Source: Fischerella sp. JS2
GTDB taxonomy: Bacteria; Cyanobacteriota; Cyanobacteriia; Cyanobacteriales; Nostocaceae
NCBI RefSeq assembly: GCF_032393985.1
Contig: NZ_CP135918.1
Coordinates: 4,525,724 to 4,589,723, forward strand
Direction: 5' to 3'
DNA: 64,000 nt
Shown: positions 42,717 through 53,519 of the stretch, in pieces
Layout of the letters: every line of letters begins with the position of its first letter
Numbering within the stretch: position 1 is the first letter of the stretch
Position numbers and translations under genes: made by a program
Notes under the pieces: model-generated
Seen by the model: the letters and a program-made list of their open reading frames with translations, nothing else
What the model was told of the DNA's origin: nothing
Databases searched by the model: none

Positions 42717-43496
42717 TTACATATAACGAGTTAATTGCACACGATATCTGTCTTTTTTTGTAACAGCAATGTCTCCAACTTCTAAACGTCCTTTACCGCG
42801 AATGGCAATTAAATCACCTGTTTTGACTTGAGAACTAGCTTGAGTGATTTCTTTCCAATTGACACGTACATCACCATCATCAATTAACTCTACCATTTTA
42901 CTGCGGGACATGCCAAACCCGGCTGAGGCGATCGCATCCAATCTTAAAGAAGCTTCAACAGTAGTTAATTCTTTTTTCTTTGGTTCTCGTACTTTTAACT
43001 CGCTTAAATCAATGCGTTGAGTTTTGACCGGAACTGAACGTACCTGCTTGAGGTTCATTTCTAAAAATTCTACTAATTCCGGTACAACAATTGCCTGCGC
43101 TCCCCGTTCACCCAAAACAATAATATCCCCCGTCTTTTCGCGGATAATTCCAGTTCCCAACATTGCGCCTAAAAAGTCGCGGTGAGTCGCAGTATCAAAC
43201 AGAAAATTTCCAGCAATATCTAGCGCTGCGATCGCAACTTGAGATAAATCTAAAGGAAGTTCCGAGCGTGCGATCGCAATTCTTTGACGTTCTGCTTGCG
43301 GGTATCCTCCCCACACCAGTAATTGCACCTCAGTTAAGCGACTAAATACCCGTTGAATTTCTGCTAACTCTGGGGGAGAAAGAAAATCAGTCAACACTAC
43401 TTCCCAAGTTTTAATCGCTTGCTCAGCTTGATCAATTACACGAGCAACAGTATCTCTATTTTCAATACCTTTTAAAAGTTCTTCCCTTGGTAGCAT
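42717..43496 (-). CDS. Photosystem II S4-domain protein (YlmH-like RNA-binding protein)
   Basis: About 260 aa with a C-terminal S4 domain (RLDAIASAGFGMSRSKMVELIDDGDVRVNW). The architecture matches the cyanobacterial PSII S4-domain family. Confidence 0.7.
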   Translation of the reverse strand: MLPREELLKGIENRDTVARVIDQAEQAIKTWEVVLTDFLSPPELAEIQRVFSRLTEVQLLVWGGYPQAERQRIAIARSELPLDLSQVAIAALDIAGNFLFDTATHRDFLGAMLGTGIIREKTGDIIVLGERGAQAIVVPELVEFLEMNLKQVRSVPVKTQRIDLSELKVREPKKKELTTVEASLRLDAIASAGFGMSRSKMVELIDDGDVRVNWKEITQASSQVKTGDLIAIRGKGRLEVGDIAVTKKDRYRVQLTRYM

Positions 43497-43734
43497 TATT
43501 TCATTCTGTTGGTGGTTGATTGTTAATGGTTAGTGGTTAGTAGTTAGATGTTAGTGGTTAATGGTTGGTAGGGTGAAGCTATGGGGTGGGTATCTTTGTT
43601 AGAAATTAAATATCTTCTTACAAATGTAAGCGGTCTACAGTTATTAGTGGTTGATGGTTTTTGCTAAACTAATAACTACTAACTACTAATGTACAGACGC
43701 GAGGAACATCGCGTCTCTACTCACTAACTACTAA

Positions 43735-44229
43735 CTACTCTTTATAACCCTGAATATTTTCAGGTTCAAACTGACGCAAAATCTGAGTTGCTTGACGGTG
43801 AACACTATCTGAACCTTGCACCACTATTAAATATTTACCTTCATTCAAGCGATTGCGGTAAGGTAAAGCGTCGCCACTACCAGTAATTAGACCTACTCCT
43901 CCACCAACAAATACACTACCTAAAGCTCCACTTCCAGCTCCTAGCAACCCTGCAACAATATGATTGCCGATTTCACCTGCCCAGGCAAAGGTATCTAACC
44001 CTGTAATGATGTTAAAAGTGGCTCCTGCAAAAAATCCAAAAGGTATTAGCCACAAAGCCATGAGTCTTGCTTGCTTTTGAGCAACTTCCTTAGGGTCAAT
44101 TAAGCCAAATTCATCGGCGCTTTTGTAACCCTTACCAAGAATTGTACCTTTTATGCCTTCTTTTTCTAAGGCTAAGTAAGCTGCTTCGGCTTGAATACGG
44201 TCTGCTAATACGGCAATCAGGTAATTCAT
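43735..44229 (-). CDS. Glycine-zipper membrane protein (DUF1269-like)
   Basis: C-terminal GxxxG-rich segment AGLLGAGSGALGSVFVGGGVGLITG. 164 aa. Confidence 0.45.
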   Translation of the reverse strand: MNYLIAVLADRIQAEAAYLALEKEGIKGTILGKGYKSADEFGLIDPKEVAQKQARLMALWLIPFGFFAGATFNIITGLDTFAWAGEIGNHIVAGLLGAGSGALGSVFVGGGVGLITGSGDALPYRNRLNEGKYLIVVQGSDSVHRQATQILRQFEPENIQGYKE

Positions 44230-44337
44230 TGAATAAAAACAGTTCTCAAGTAAAATTTGCCCTAATTAACAGGGTATCAGTGGTTAGTAGTTGGTGGTTG
44301 ATTGGAACAAACAACAAACAACAACTAACAATGACCC

Positions 44338-44718
44338 TTACTCTAACACTTCATCTAGTGGTTCACAAAAAGTATTGACGCCTTGTTTGAGGACATACAT
44401 TAAAACTGGTGTTGCTAAAATTTGCGGAAATGCCGATATAGTTTTTAACTGTCCCATAATTTCTTGGACTGAACCTTGAAGCAAGTCTTCGCGAAATCCT
44501 TGTTCACAAATCACAGTACGCCACTTTTTCGCCAAAGCATCCAACCACTCTGAATTACCTGTTTCTGGTTGTTGTCCAGCTCGAATAGCTAATGTCATTG
44601 TTGCGTCTTCCAAATCACCATCACAATCCTCAATGACATCAAGTGCTTCCATCACTGTAGGGTTTTCTGCCAGCTGAGAGCGAAACTGTGCTATTTCTTG
44701 CGCTGTGACTTTTGTCAT
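44338..44718 (-). CDS. Conserved hypothetical protein (126 aa)
   Basis: Clean ORF; no family recognised. Confidence 0.4.
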   Translation of the reverse strand: MTKVTAQEIAQFRSQLAENPTVMEALDVIEDCDGDLEDATMTLAIRAGQQPETGNSEWLDALAKKWRTVICEQGFREDLLQGSVQEIMGQLKTISAFPQILATPVLMYVLKQGVNTFCEPLDEVLE

Positions 44719-44846
44719 AATTATACTTTTTCCTAGCCGAGGGACTGACCACTCAGTTATGTTATTCCAAATTTGACTGCATAATTAACTGGAGATAATT
44801 GACAATCAACAATTTGTAATTAATTAGCTAGTTGCTCATCAATTCA

Positions 44847-45809
44847 TTAATTTTCCCTTTCCCCTACCAAACTATTCAATGCCAACAAACCAGCACCATA
44901 AGCAGGTTCATATCTTGGCAAAATAACTTTGGCAGAAGGAAATTTATTGATCATAGATGCTGAAAATCTTTCATGCATCTTGCATTTACCTTGCCATACA
45001 CTTCCGGTTGTGACTATTTCCAAAACTTCACCAAGACTAAAAATAGCGTTAATTACTGTAGAAGTTGCTTTAACTAACTCTTGAACAGCACTATCAATAA
45101 TTTGATTCGCAACTTCATCTCCTACAGCCGCGGCGTTGTCAACAATTGGCGCTAAAGCTGCTATTTCTTTAACACCCCAACCACGTCGATATACTACTTC
45201 AATTAAATCTTCAATCCTTGCTAAACCCAGATGCTGCTTTAAATCTGCCAAAATTCTAGTTTTTATCTCACGTCCGTCATAGTATTTTAATGCTGCTTGC
45301 ATACCAGCAACAGCAATTTTGTAAGCACTTCCTTCATCGCCTAAAAGATAGCCCCAACCCCCGACTCTTTTAGTATTTCCTTGCTGATTTTGACCTAAAA
45401 CTATTGAACCAGTCCCGGCTGCAACGACAATTCCTACATCATTACCAATTCCCCCGACTAAGGCAATCAAAGCATCATTGGTGATGATGATATTTGATGA
45501 TTTTAATGACCAAATAATAGGAATATAACCGCTATTTTGCAAATATTCTAATATACCTTTGATAATTTCGATATCTGCGGAACGACCTACACCTGCTAGT
45601 CCTAGACAGATAGCATTAACTGTGATTGTATCAGTTAAATTTAATGCGGCGATAATTGCAGTTTGAATTGATGTGATAGCTGCTTCAACCCCAATAATTT
45701 GATAATTAGATGCACCTGCTTCTCCACGACCTACTACTTCTTTTTGATGATTCATTAAAACACAAATAGTCTTACTACCACCACCATCTATTCCTAAAAC
45801 ATAGCTCAT
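44847..45809 (-). CDS. BadF/BadG/BcrA/BcrD-type ATPase (N-acetylglucosamine kinase-like sugar kinase)
   Basis: N-terminal LGIDGGGSKT ASKHA phosphate-1 motif and later DxGxT/GGG motifs. 320 aa. Confidence 0.75.
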   Translation of the reverse strand: MSYVLGIDGGGSKTICVLMNHQKEVVGRGEAGASNYQIIGVEAAITSIQTAIIAALNLTDTITVNAICLGLAGVGRSADIEIIKGILEYLQNSGYIPIIWSLKSSNIIITNDALIALVGGIGNDVGIVVAAGTGSIVLGQNQQGNTKRVGGWGYLLGDEGSAYKIAVAGMQAALKYYDGREIKTRILADLKQHLGLARIEDLIEVVYRRGWGVKEIAALAPIVDNAAAVGDEVANQIIDSAVQELVKATSTVINAIFSLGEVLEIVTTGSVWQGKCKMHERFSASMINKFPSAKVILPRYEPAYGAGLLALNSLVGEREN

Positions 45810-45879
45810 ATTATTTTGGATTTGAGATTGTAAAAATAATATGGAATGAAGAATGCGATCGCCTTTCCCACCTAAAATA

Positions 45880-47142
45880 CTATACTTGTTTTTCTTCCTT
45901 TAAAGGAATAAATAGCATAGAAATCATACCAGGAATAGTTAATACACAAACCAATATAAAAAATAATGGATATCCAAATAACTGTTGAAGATAACCACTA
46001 ATTATTCCTGGTAACATCATACCTAAAGCCATAATGCCAGTTGAAATAGCAAAATGAGAAGTCTTATATTCATCTTGAGAGATATACATTAAATAAACAC
46101 TAAAAGCCGTAAATCCAAAACCATAACCAAATTGTTCTAAAGAAACTAAAGGATAAACTAAATTGAGTGAAGGCTGATGGTAAGCCATATAGATATAAAA
46201 TATATTTGGTAAATTCATTGCTAAAGCCATAGGCCAAAGGCATTTTTTTAGTCCATATTTAGAAATTGCTAATCCACCTAAAATACCACCAAAAATTAAT
46301 GAAATCACTCCAAAAGTGCCATATACCAAACCTAAATCTGACGTTGATAATCCCAAGCCACCAACCTCTGGTTTATCTAATAAAAATAACGAGGCTATTT
46401 TGAGCAGCATTGCCTCTCCGAATCTATATAGTAAGATAAATGCTAAGATTGCTAAAATTTTCTGCTGTCGAAAATAGGAAGTGATAATCTGTAAAAAAGG
46501 AATCGCTGTTTGTGTTTCTGTTTGTCGTTTAACATCTGATTCTGGAAAAGGTAAAACAAAGCGGTGTAAAATAAAAATCATTGCTAAAATTAAAGCTGAT
46601 ACACCAAGAGCGATTGTCCAACTTAAAGAAATATTTTTTAAATTTACTTCTAGCTTACCAGCTAAAAATACTAATATTCCAGAACCAAAAATCACAGCTA
46701 ATCTATAGAAAAGTGAGCGAATTCCAACAAAAAATGCTTGTTGTTCTGGAGTTAAAGCCAATAAATAAAAGCCATCGGTAGCGATATCATAAGTAGCAGA
46801 AATAAAAGCACCTATAGTTAATATTCCTAGAGAAATAAAAAAGAAATTTGGTAGTTGTAAAGAAAAAGCTAATAAACCTAAACAAAAGAACATAGTTAAT
46901 TGTGTAGCTAAAATCCATGTTCTTTTAGTAGAGTAAATATCAACAAATGGGCCCCAAAACATTTTGATTACCCACGGTAAATACAGAAAGCTAGTCCATA
47001 AGGCAATTTGAGCATTACTAATGCCCAGCTTTTTATAAAAAATTACAGAAACAGTGTTGATAATAACGTAGGGTACACCAGAGGCAAAATAAAGAGTTGG
47101 GATAAAAGCCCAAGGTAAGCGAGATACAAATTGATGTTTCAT
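45880..47142 (-). CDS. AmpG-family MFS permease (muropeptide/anhydro-sugar transporter-like)
   Basis: About 12 TM helices and the AmpG-like N-terminal LPW..IP.LYFASG.P pattern. Markedly low GC compared with its neighbours. Confidence 0.75.
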   Translation of the reverse strand: MKHQFVSRLPWAFIPTLYFASGVPYVIINTVSVIFYKKLGISNAQIALWTSFLYLPWVIKMFWGPFVDIYSTKRTWILATQLTMFFCLGLLAFSLQLPNFFFISLGILTIGAFISATYDIATDGFYLLALTPEQQAFFVGIRSLFYRLAVIFGSGILVFLAGKLEVNLKNISLSWTIALGVSALILAMIFILHRFVLPFPESDVKRQTETQTAIPFLQIITSYFRQQKILAILAFILLYRFGEAMLLKIASLFLLDKPEVGGLGLSTSDLGLVYGTFGVISLIFGGILGGLAISKYGLKKCLWPMALAMNLPNIFYIYMAYHQPSLNLVYPLVSLEQFGYGFGFTAFSVYLMYISQDEYKTSHFAISTGIMALGMMLPGIISGYLQQLFGYPLFFILVCVLTIPGMISMLFIPLKEEKQV

Positions 47143-47531
47143 AAATAAATACCCAACCTGACACTAACCTGTTGTTTCATCAATTGGGCAAACATTATAC
47201 CAACCCATTTTCATCGAGCGAAACAAGCAATCCCCACTACTCAACTTTATCCACTCACCCGACTACCACTACCGAGACTACCAAAACCACGCCCTACTTT
47301 AGAACTGTTAGAGTTGCTCTTTGTCGTGCAAGTACCAGACTTGCTTGTGTAACTCTCAGAAGATAGCTACTGCTGCTATGACCACCAGAGTCATTAAGAC
47401 AACGATGAGTTGGAATAAGCTAGGTTTCAGTTTCATGGGTTTTTGTGTTGAGATTGTTAGAATTTACCTCTTGAGTAATGCAATAAATAATTTCACGTGT
47501 TAAATAAGCAATTTCTTAAGGGATTTTTTGA

Positions 47532-47747
47532 TTAACGAACCACAAAGGACACAAAGAGCGCAAAGATTAAAGAGAGGTTATGAGAGGATGATACGTTTGA
47601 TACCGTCTTTGAGGAGAGTAACGTTGAAGTTGATGAGAAGGGCGAGGGGTACTCCAAAAACCCAGCCCCTAACACCCGATGTACCTCAATCGCTGCACTA
47701 ATCACAGCACACGCAAACTCCTCCTCCTCATTTTTTGACTGTCTCAT
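47532..47747 (-). pseudogene. Remnant of a GxxExxY-family (PD-(D/E)XK-like) protein gene
   Basis: The first ~32 aa (EFACAVISAAIEVHRVLGAGFLE) match the GxxExxY N-terminal consensus (IIGCAIEVHRTLGPGLLES), after which the frame is lost. The locus is bracketed by ~23-bp inverted repeats at about 47535-47557 and 47771-47797. Confidence 0.4.
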
Positions 47748-47855
47748 CTTTCCTTCCTCTTCTTTCTTTGTGTCCTTTGTGTCCTTCGTGGTTCGTTTCT
47801 ATCAAAAGCCTGTGGCAAAATTTATTAAAGTCCTTCCGCACTTAGTTTTCCCAGC

Positions 47856-50800
47856 ATGACCGCAACAATTACTAATCTCCCTGATCGATACGATCCCTTT
47901 ACCACCGAAGCTAAATGGCAAAAATTTTGGGAAGAAAATCAAACCTACAAAGCCGACCCCCATGCAGGTGGTGAACCTTACTGCATCGTCATCCCACCAC
48001 CCAACGTCACCGGTAGCCTACACATGGGTCACGCCTTTGACAATAGTTTGATTGATACCCTCGTGCGCTATCACCGCATGAAAGGAGATAATGCTCTCTA
48101 CCTCCCCGGAACTGACCACGCCAGTATCGCTGTCCATACAATGCTGGAAAAGCAACTCAAGGCAGAGGGCAAAACTCGCAATGAATTAGGACGCAAGCAG
48201 TTTCTAGAACGGGCTTGGCAGTGGAAGGCAGAATCTGGGGGAACAATTGTCAATCAACTGCGACGCTTGGGTGTGTCGGTCGATTGGTCGCGGGAACGCT
48301 TTACCCTCGATGCAGGTTTAACCACAGCTGTTTTGGAAGCTTTTAACCGTCTCTACGAAGAAGGGCTAATTTATCGTGGAAAGTATTTAGTTAACTGGTG
48401 TCCAGAGTCACAATCAGCTGTTTCTGATTTGGAAGTAGATGCCAAAGAGGTTGATGGTCATCTTTGGCACTTCCGCTATCCACTGACAGATGGTTCTGGT
48501 TATGTAGAGGTGGCGACGACTCGACCAGAAACGATGCTGGGTGATACGGCGGTGGCGGTGAATCCTAATGATGAACGCTATCAGCATTTGATTGGGAAGA
48601 CTCTGACGCTACCAATTATGAATCGGGAAATTCCGATTATTGGCGATGAGTTAGTTGACCCAACTTTCGGGACTGGTTGTGTGAAGGTGACTCCTGCCCA
48701 TGATCCGAATGATTTTGAAATGGGCAAACGTCACAGTCTGCCGTTTATCAATATTATGAATAAGGACGGCTCTCTAAATGAGAATGCCGGTGAGTTTCAA
48801 GGACAAGACCGCTTTGTTGCCAGAAAGAATGTGGTTGCTCGTTTAGAAGCAGACAGTTTTCTGGTGAAGGTGGAAGATTATAAGCATTCGGTTCCTTATA
48901 GTGAGCGTGGGAAAGTGCCTGTAGAACCGTTGCTTTCAACCCAGTGGTTTGTCAAAATTCGCCCACTGGCAGACCGGGCACTGGAATTCCTCGACGAGAA
49001 AAATTCGCCTCGGTTTGTGCCTCAACGCTGGACTAAGGTTTACCGTGATTGGTTGGTAAAGTTAAAGGATTGGTGTATTTCCCGGCAATTGTGGTGGGGA
49101 CACCAAATCCCGGCTTGGTACGCTGTCAGTGAAACGGGTGATGAAATTACTGATAACACGCCGTTTGTTGTGGCGCGGAGTGAGGCAGAAGCACGAGAAA
49201 ACTTAGTTGGACAATTTGGGGAGAATGTCAAGGTAGAGCAAGATCCAGATGTACTGGATACTTGGTTTTCTGCTGGACTTTGGCCATTTTCAACTTTGGG
49301 ATGGCCGGAACAAACCCCGGATTTAACGACTTACTACCCTACTAGTACTTTGGTGACTGGTTTTGACATTATCTTTTTCTGGGTTGCCAGAATGACGATG
49401 ATGGCGGGACATTTTACTGGTCAAATGCCGTTTAAGGATGTTTACATCCACGGGTTGGTGTTAGATGAAAATGGTCAAAAGCAGTCTAAGACTAAGGGTA
49501 ATGGTATTGACCCGTTGATTTTGATTGAGAAGTACGGTACAGATGCCCTGCGCTACACGATGATTAAGGAAGTAGCTGGTGCGGGTCAAGATATCCGGAT
49601 GGACTACAACCGGAAGACGGATGAGTCGCCGTCGGTGGAAGCGTCCCGTAACTTTGCTAATAAGCTGTGGAATGCGGCGCGGTTTGTGATGATGAATTTG
49701 GATGGACAGACGCCGCAGCAATTGGGTGAACCTAATCCTACAGAGTTAAGCGATCGCTGGATTCTTTCGCGTTACCATCGTGTTGTTCAGCAAACCCGCA
49801 ATTATCTGGATAATTACGGGCTTGGTGAAGCTGCTAAGGGTTTGTATGAGTTTATTTGGGGTGATTTTTGCGACTGGTATATTGAACTTGTCAAATCTCG
49901 CTTGCAAAATAATGCTGATCCGGCATCGCGACGAGTAGCACAACAAACTCTGGCATACGTACTGGAAGGGATTTTGAAGCTGCTTAGTCCTTTTATGCCT
50001 CACATTACGGAAGAAATTTGGCATACTCTGACTCAACAAGGGGCAGAGACTAAGCAAAGTTTATCTTGGCAATTGTATCCAGAGGCACAGACAAATTTAA
50101 TAGACTCTGAAACAGAAGAACACTTTGAGCTGTTGATTGGTACAATCCGCACGATTCGCAACTTGCGCGCCGAAGCAGATGTGAAACGAGGGGTAAAAGT
50201 AAATGTAAACTTGCAAACTGACAGCGACAAGGAAAGGCAAATTCTCACTGTTGGACAATCTTACATTCAAGATTTGGCGAATGTAGAGAATTTAATGATC
50301 GCTGCTGGTGAGAGTCAGCAACAGCGAGAAAAACCCCAGATCGGTTGGAAGAAGATTGCATTAATTATTGCAGTAGTCTACTTTTTCCGACTTGGTTTAG
50401 CGATCGCTGATGCGGTTGATGATATTCCTCTGCTGGGAAGTTTCTTTGAAGTTGTAGGTTTTATTTATGCAACGTGGTTTGTAAGCCAAAACTTATTGTC
50501 TGTTGAGGCTAGACAAAAGTTCTGGCAACAATTGTTCAAACCACCTGCTGACCAGATGGCATCATCAGAAGTATCACAACAACCACAAGCACCAGAAAAA
50601 GCGATCGCAGGTGTGGTTGGTACAGTGCAAGTTCTACTTCCCCTGGCTGGCGTGGTCGATATAGAAGCTTATGTGGCCAAACTGCAAAAACGCCTGACCA
50701 AGCTGGAAGCAGAAATTAAATCTCTGACTGGTAGGTTAAGTAATCCTAAGTTTGTGGAACAAGCTCCGCCAAATGTGGTAAAGGAAACACGAGACGCTTT

Positions 50801-50858
50801 AGCAGAAGCCCAAAAACAAGCTGAAATTTTGCGCGATCGCTTGCGTCAGCTAGCATAA
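47856..50858 (+). CDS. valS: Valine--tRNA ligase with a CAAD (cyanobacterial aminoacyl-tRNA synthetase appended domain) insertion
   Basis: Class I HIGH ([14 protein letters not shown]) and KMSKS (KQSKTKG) motifs. A segment with two predicted TM helices ([21 protein letters not shown]...[15 protein letters not shown], roughly nt 50325-50600) is inserted before the C-terminal coiled-coil. Confidence 0.95.
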   Translation: MTATITNLPDRYDPFTTEAKWQKFWEENQTYKADPHAGGEPYCIVIPPPNVTGSLHMGHAFDNSLIDTLVRYHRMKGDNALYLPGTDHASIAVHTMLEKQLKAEGKTRNELGRKQFLERAWQWKAESGGTIVNQLRRLGVSVDWSRERFTLDAGLTTAVLEAFNRLYEEGLIYRGKYLVNWCPESQSAVSDLEVDAKEVDGHLWHFRYPLTDGSGYVEVATTRPETMLGDTAVAVNPNDERYQHLIGKTLTLPIMNREIPIIGDELVDPTFGTGCVKVTPAHDPNDFEMGKRHSLPFINIMNKDGSLNENAGEFQGQDRFVARKNVVARLEADSFLVKVEDYKHSVPYSERGKVPVEPLLSTQWFVKIRPLADRALEFLDEKNSPRFVPQRWTKVYRDWLVKLKDWCISRQLWWGHQIPAWYAVSETGDEITDNTPFVVARSEAEARENLVGQFGENVKVEQDPDVLDTWFSAGLWPFSTLGWPEQTPDLTTYYPTSTLVTGFDIIFFWVARMTMMAGHFTGQMPFKDVYIHGLVLDENGQKQSKTKGNGIDPLILIEKYGTDALRYTMIKEVAGAGQDIRMDYNRKTDESPSVEASRNFANKLWNAARFVMMNLDGQTPQQLGEPNPTELSDRWILSRYHRVVQQTRNYLDNYGLGEAAKGLYEFIWGDFCDWYIELVKSRLQNNADPASRRVAQQTLAYVLEGILKLLSPFMPHITEEIWHTLTQQGAETKQSLSWQLYPEAQTNLIDSETEEHFELLIGTIRTIRNLRAEADVKRGVKVNVNLQTDSDKERQILTVGQSYIQDLANVENLMIAAGESQQQREKPQIGWKKIALIIAVVYFFRLGLAIADAVDDIPLLGSFFEVVGFIYATWFVSQNLLSVEARQKFWQQLFKPPADQMASSEVSQQPQAPEKAIAGVVGTVQVLLPLAGVVDIEAYVAKLQKRLTKLEAEIKSLTGRLSNPKFVEQAPPNVVKETRDALAEAQKQAEILRDRLRQLA

Positions 50859-51012
50859 CAATAAAGAATGAAAATTCAAGGATGAAGGGTGAAGGATAAG
50901 GGTAAATGATGAAAATAAAGTATAAATTACTACATTTACCTATCAGCTTTTAACCTTTTGTTTTCCTCGTTTCCCTTTTCCCCTTTCCCTTTCCCCTTTC
51001 CCCCTTTCCCCT

Positions 51013-51465
51013 TTGATTGACATGTTATATCTAGCCCAAGTACACAAAAACGAATTTTTAGACCAGTTCCAGTTACATTTATTAGCACGTCAGGAAGCTC
51101 AAAATATATGGGTAAGAATCCCAGAAGAAGCTTTTATTCTCCTGGGAAAGGGCAAGACTCTGACAGAAAAATTACTTGTTTTAGTCGAGCTTTCCCCCAC
51201 AGGTGATATAGAAAGAATAGAAGAAGCTACTAACTGGGTACTGGATTTAATAGGTACTTACCTTACCACAGGCATTACTCCAGATTTTTTGCGCCAAGAA
51301 GCAGAAAGGGCTGAACAGTGGCGGCAAAATTTGACTTTGCAAAACCAAGATTTAGCACGCCGCACCCTAGAATTAGAAGCACGTCGAGAACAAATTCAAG
51401 CCCTCGAAGAAACTATTAAACGAGAAAAAAACCTGGTCAATAAAGGTGATAATCCTGGGGAGTAG
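51013..51465 (+). CDS. Conserved hypothetical protein (start possibly at 51025, MLYLAQ)
   Basis: 150 aa with a coiled-coil C-terminus. No family recognised. Confidence 0.4.
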   Translation: MIDMLYLAQVHKNEFLDQFQLHLLARQEAQNIWVRIPEEAFILLGKGKTLTEKLLVLVELSPTGDIERIEEATNWVLDLIGTYLTTGITPDFLRQEAERAEQWRQNLTLQNQDLARRTLELEARREQIQALEETIKREKNLVNKGDNPGE

Positions 51466-51560
51466 GGATGGGAGATGGGGAACTCACCGGCCCCCACTTC
51501 CCCAAGGGAGTGGGGATTAGGGGAGGTGTGAGGAGTGGGGGGAGTGTGAGGAGTGTGAGG
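51466..51560. repeat. G-rich dispersed repeat (core GGGAGATGGGGAACTCACCGGCCCCCACT.CCCAAGG.AGTGG.GATTAGGGG)
   Basis: Direct copy at 52236-52345 on the other side of the DUF4129 gene. Related copies at 35945-36030 and, inverted, at 6805-6880. Confidence 0.8.
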
Positions 51561-51631
51561 GGTATGGGAGAACAACCACCAACCAACAATCAACCACTAA
51601 CCAATGACAATTGACCAATGACAATTGACAA

Positions 51632-52234
51632 ATGACTACAGAATTTGAAAAAACAAGTTTAGGTTGGCAAAGTTCTCAATTTCAGCAACAAATTGGAGAG
51701 TGGCTGGAATATCAGTGGTCTCGTCTTAATCCCACACTACCAGAATTGCCTTCTGGCTGGTCGATAGATTCTTGGTTTATCTCACTCTTAAAGTTTCTGT
51801 TGTGGCTGGGAGTAAGTATATTTGTGATTTGGCTAGTTTGGTGGTTGTGGCGAGAATTTAGTCCTTATTTATATTCCAGGCTAGCTGGGGCTAAAGGTTC
51901 TGACTCTGCTTCCCAAACAGCAAATGTTGAGTTGTCAGCAGCAAAATTATTGACGCGATCACAAGAATTTTATCGTCAGGAAAACTACCGTGATGCTTGT
52001 CGTTATCTTTACTTTGCGATGTTACAGCACTTGCACGAAAAAGGTATTCTCCCCCAGAAAAAAAGCCGTACCGATGGCGAATATTTACAACTTTTGCGCC
52101 TGTCACGTCTCCAAATCCAGCCTTATGAAACTTTAATTACAACTCATGAGCAGTTATGCTTTAGTGATGCTGAGATGCTTGCTGAAAATTACGAGCATTG
52201 TCAGCAAGCATACCGGGAAATCTTTCAACAATAG
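51632..52234 (+). CDS. DUF4129-domain membrane protein
   Basis: TM helix followed by a C-terminal region fitting the DUF4129 pattern (EFYRQENYRDACRYLYFAMLQHLHEKGILP...TDGEYL). First gene of a co-oriented cluster with DUF4350, MoxR and DUF58 genes. Confidence 0.6.
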   Translation: MTTEFEKTSLGWQSSQFQQQIGEWLEYQWSRLNPTLPELPSGWSIDSWFISLLKFLLWLGVSIFVIWLVWWLWREFSPYLYSRLAGAKGSDSASQTANVELSAAKLLTRSQEFYRQENYRDACRYLYFAMLQHLHEKGILPQKKSRTDGEYLQLLRLSRLQIQPYETLITTHEQLCFSDAEMLAENYEHCQQAYREIFQQ

Positions 52235-52421
52235 TAGGAGAGTGAAAGGAGTGGGGAGATGGGGAGATGGGGAACTCACCGGCCCCCACTCCCCCAAGGA
52301 GTGGAGATTAGGGGCAATGGGGAGATGGGAGTAGGAGGAGTAAGTATTAAACAACTACTAACTACTAATGTACAGACGCGATGTTCCTTGCGTCTCTACC
52401 CATTAACCACTAACCTAACTT

Positions 52422-53519
52422 ATGAAAGCTTCAAATCGCCTAATCTGGCTGGGTGCGATCGCGATAGCAGTATTAATTTTACTAACCATCATTGCTGCTC
52501 CTAGTAATAGCAAAATTAATAGTGGTTCTACTTATGGTCTTGCTCCTGATGGCTATGGAGCCTGGTATGCTTTTATGCAAGACCGTGGAACAACAATCAA
52601 GCGCTGGCAAAAGCCTTTTGAGCAATTAAAGAAAGAAAAGCGTCCTGTAACGCTGTTACAAATTTACAGCCAACTCAACCACCCGGTTCTGTTATCCCAA
52701 GAAAAAGAATGGGTAGAAGCTGGCAATACTCTAGTAGTTTTGGGTGTGCGCGAACGGGTAACAGCAGCCAACTTTAGCACCATGCAAAACTCGCCCTTTG
52801 GCAATGTCAAAATTGCAACACGGCGACGATTGGCATCTATATCTGATCAGGAAAAAATTTCTTTGGGCGATCGCTTTGGTGCTGTTGTTTGGGAAGAAAG
52901 GCGCGGTAAAGGCAAAATAATTTTTTCTACTACTCCCTATTTAGCTGCGAATGCTTACCAAGATTATTCCAGTAATTTCCAGTATTTAGCCAGTTTGGTC
53001 AGCCAAAAAGGTAACTTATTATTGGTGGATGAGTATATCCACGGTTATAAGGATGCTGATGTCAGAAAAAGTGAAGGAGAAAGGGATTTATTTAGTTATT
53101 TAGCTAGAACCCCATTACTTCCAGCATTTATTCAGGTATGTATCTTACTATTGGTGTTAATTTGGGCACAAAATCGCCGCTTTGGTAAGCCTGTAGCTTT
53201 GGATACACCAGAACTAGATAACAGCGAAGCTTATATTCAAGCACTAGCGGGAGTACTGCATAAGGCTCAATCCACCGATTTTTTGGTAGAAATGATCGGC
53301 AAAGAAGAACAGTTACAACTACAAAAAACCTTAGGTTTAGGCTCAGATTTACGAGATAAACAAACTTTAGTCAATACTTGGCAGCAACAAATTGGCACTG
53401 CAACAGCAGAACTTCATAGTGTGTTGCAACAATCTCCAAAGCGCCGCATAAGTGAACGAGAGTTGATTAGTTGGTTAGGAAAGTGGCAAACCTTGAGGAG
53501 AATTAAAAATAATACTTAA
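52422..53519 (+). CDS. DUF4350-domain protein (N-terminal TM anchor)
   Basis: 365 aa. N-terminal TM helix, then a periplasmic-type domain. Its position between the DUF4129 and MoxR genes matches the conserved operon. Confidence 0.55.
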   Translation: MKASNRLIWLGAIAIAVLILLTIIAAPSNSKINSGSTYGLAPDGYGAWYAFMQDRGTTIKRWQKPFEQLKKEKRPVTLLQIYSQLNHPVLLSQEKEWVEAGNTLVVLGVRERVTAANFSTMQNSPFGNVKIATRRRLASISDQEKISLGDRFGAVVWEERRGKGKIIFSTTPYLAANAYQDYSSNFQYLASLVSQKGNLLLVDEYIHGYKDADVRKSEGERDLFSYLARTPLLPAFIQVCILLLVLIWAQNRRFGKPVALDTPELDNSEAYIQALAGVLHKAQSTDFLVEMIGKEEQLQLQKTLGLGSDLRDKQTLVNTWQQQIGTATAELHSVLQQSPKRRISERELISWLGKWQTLRRIKNNT

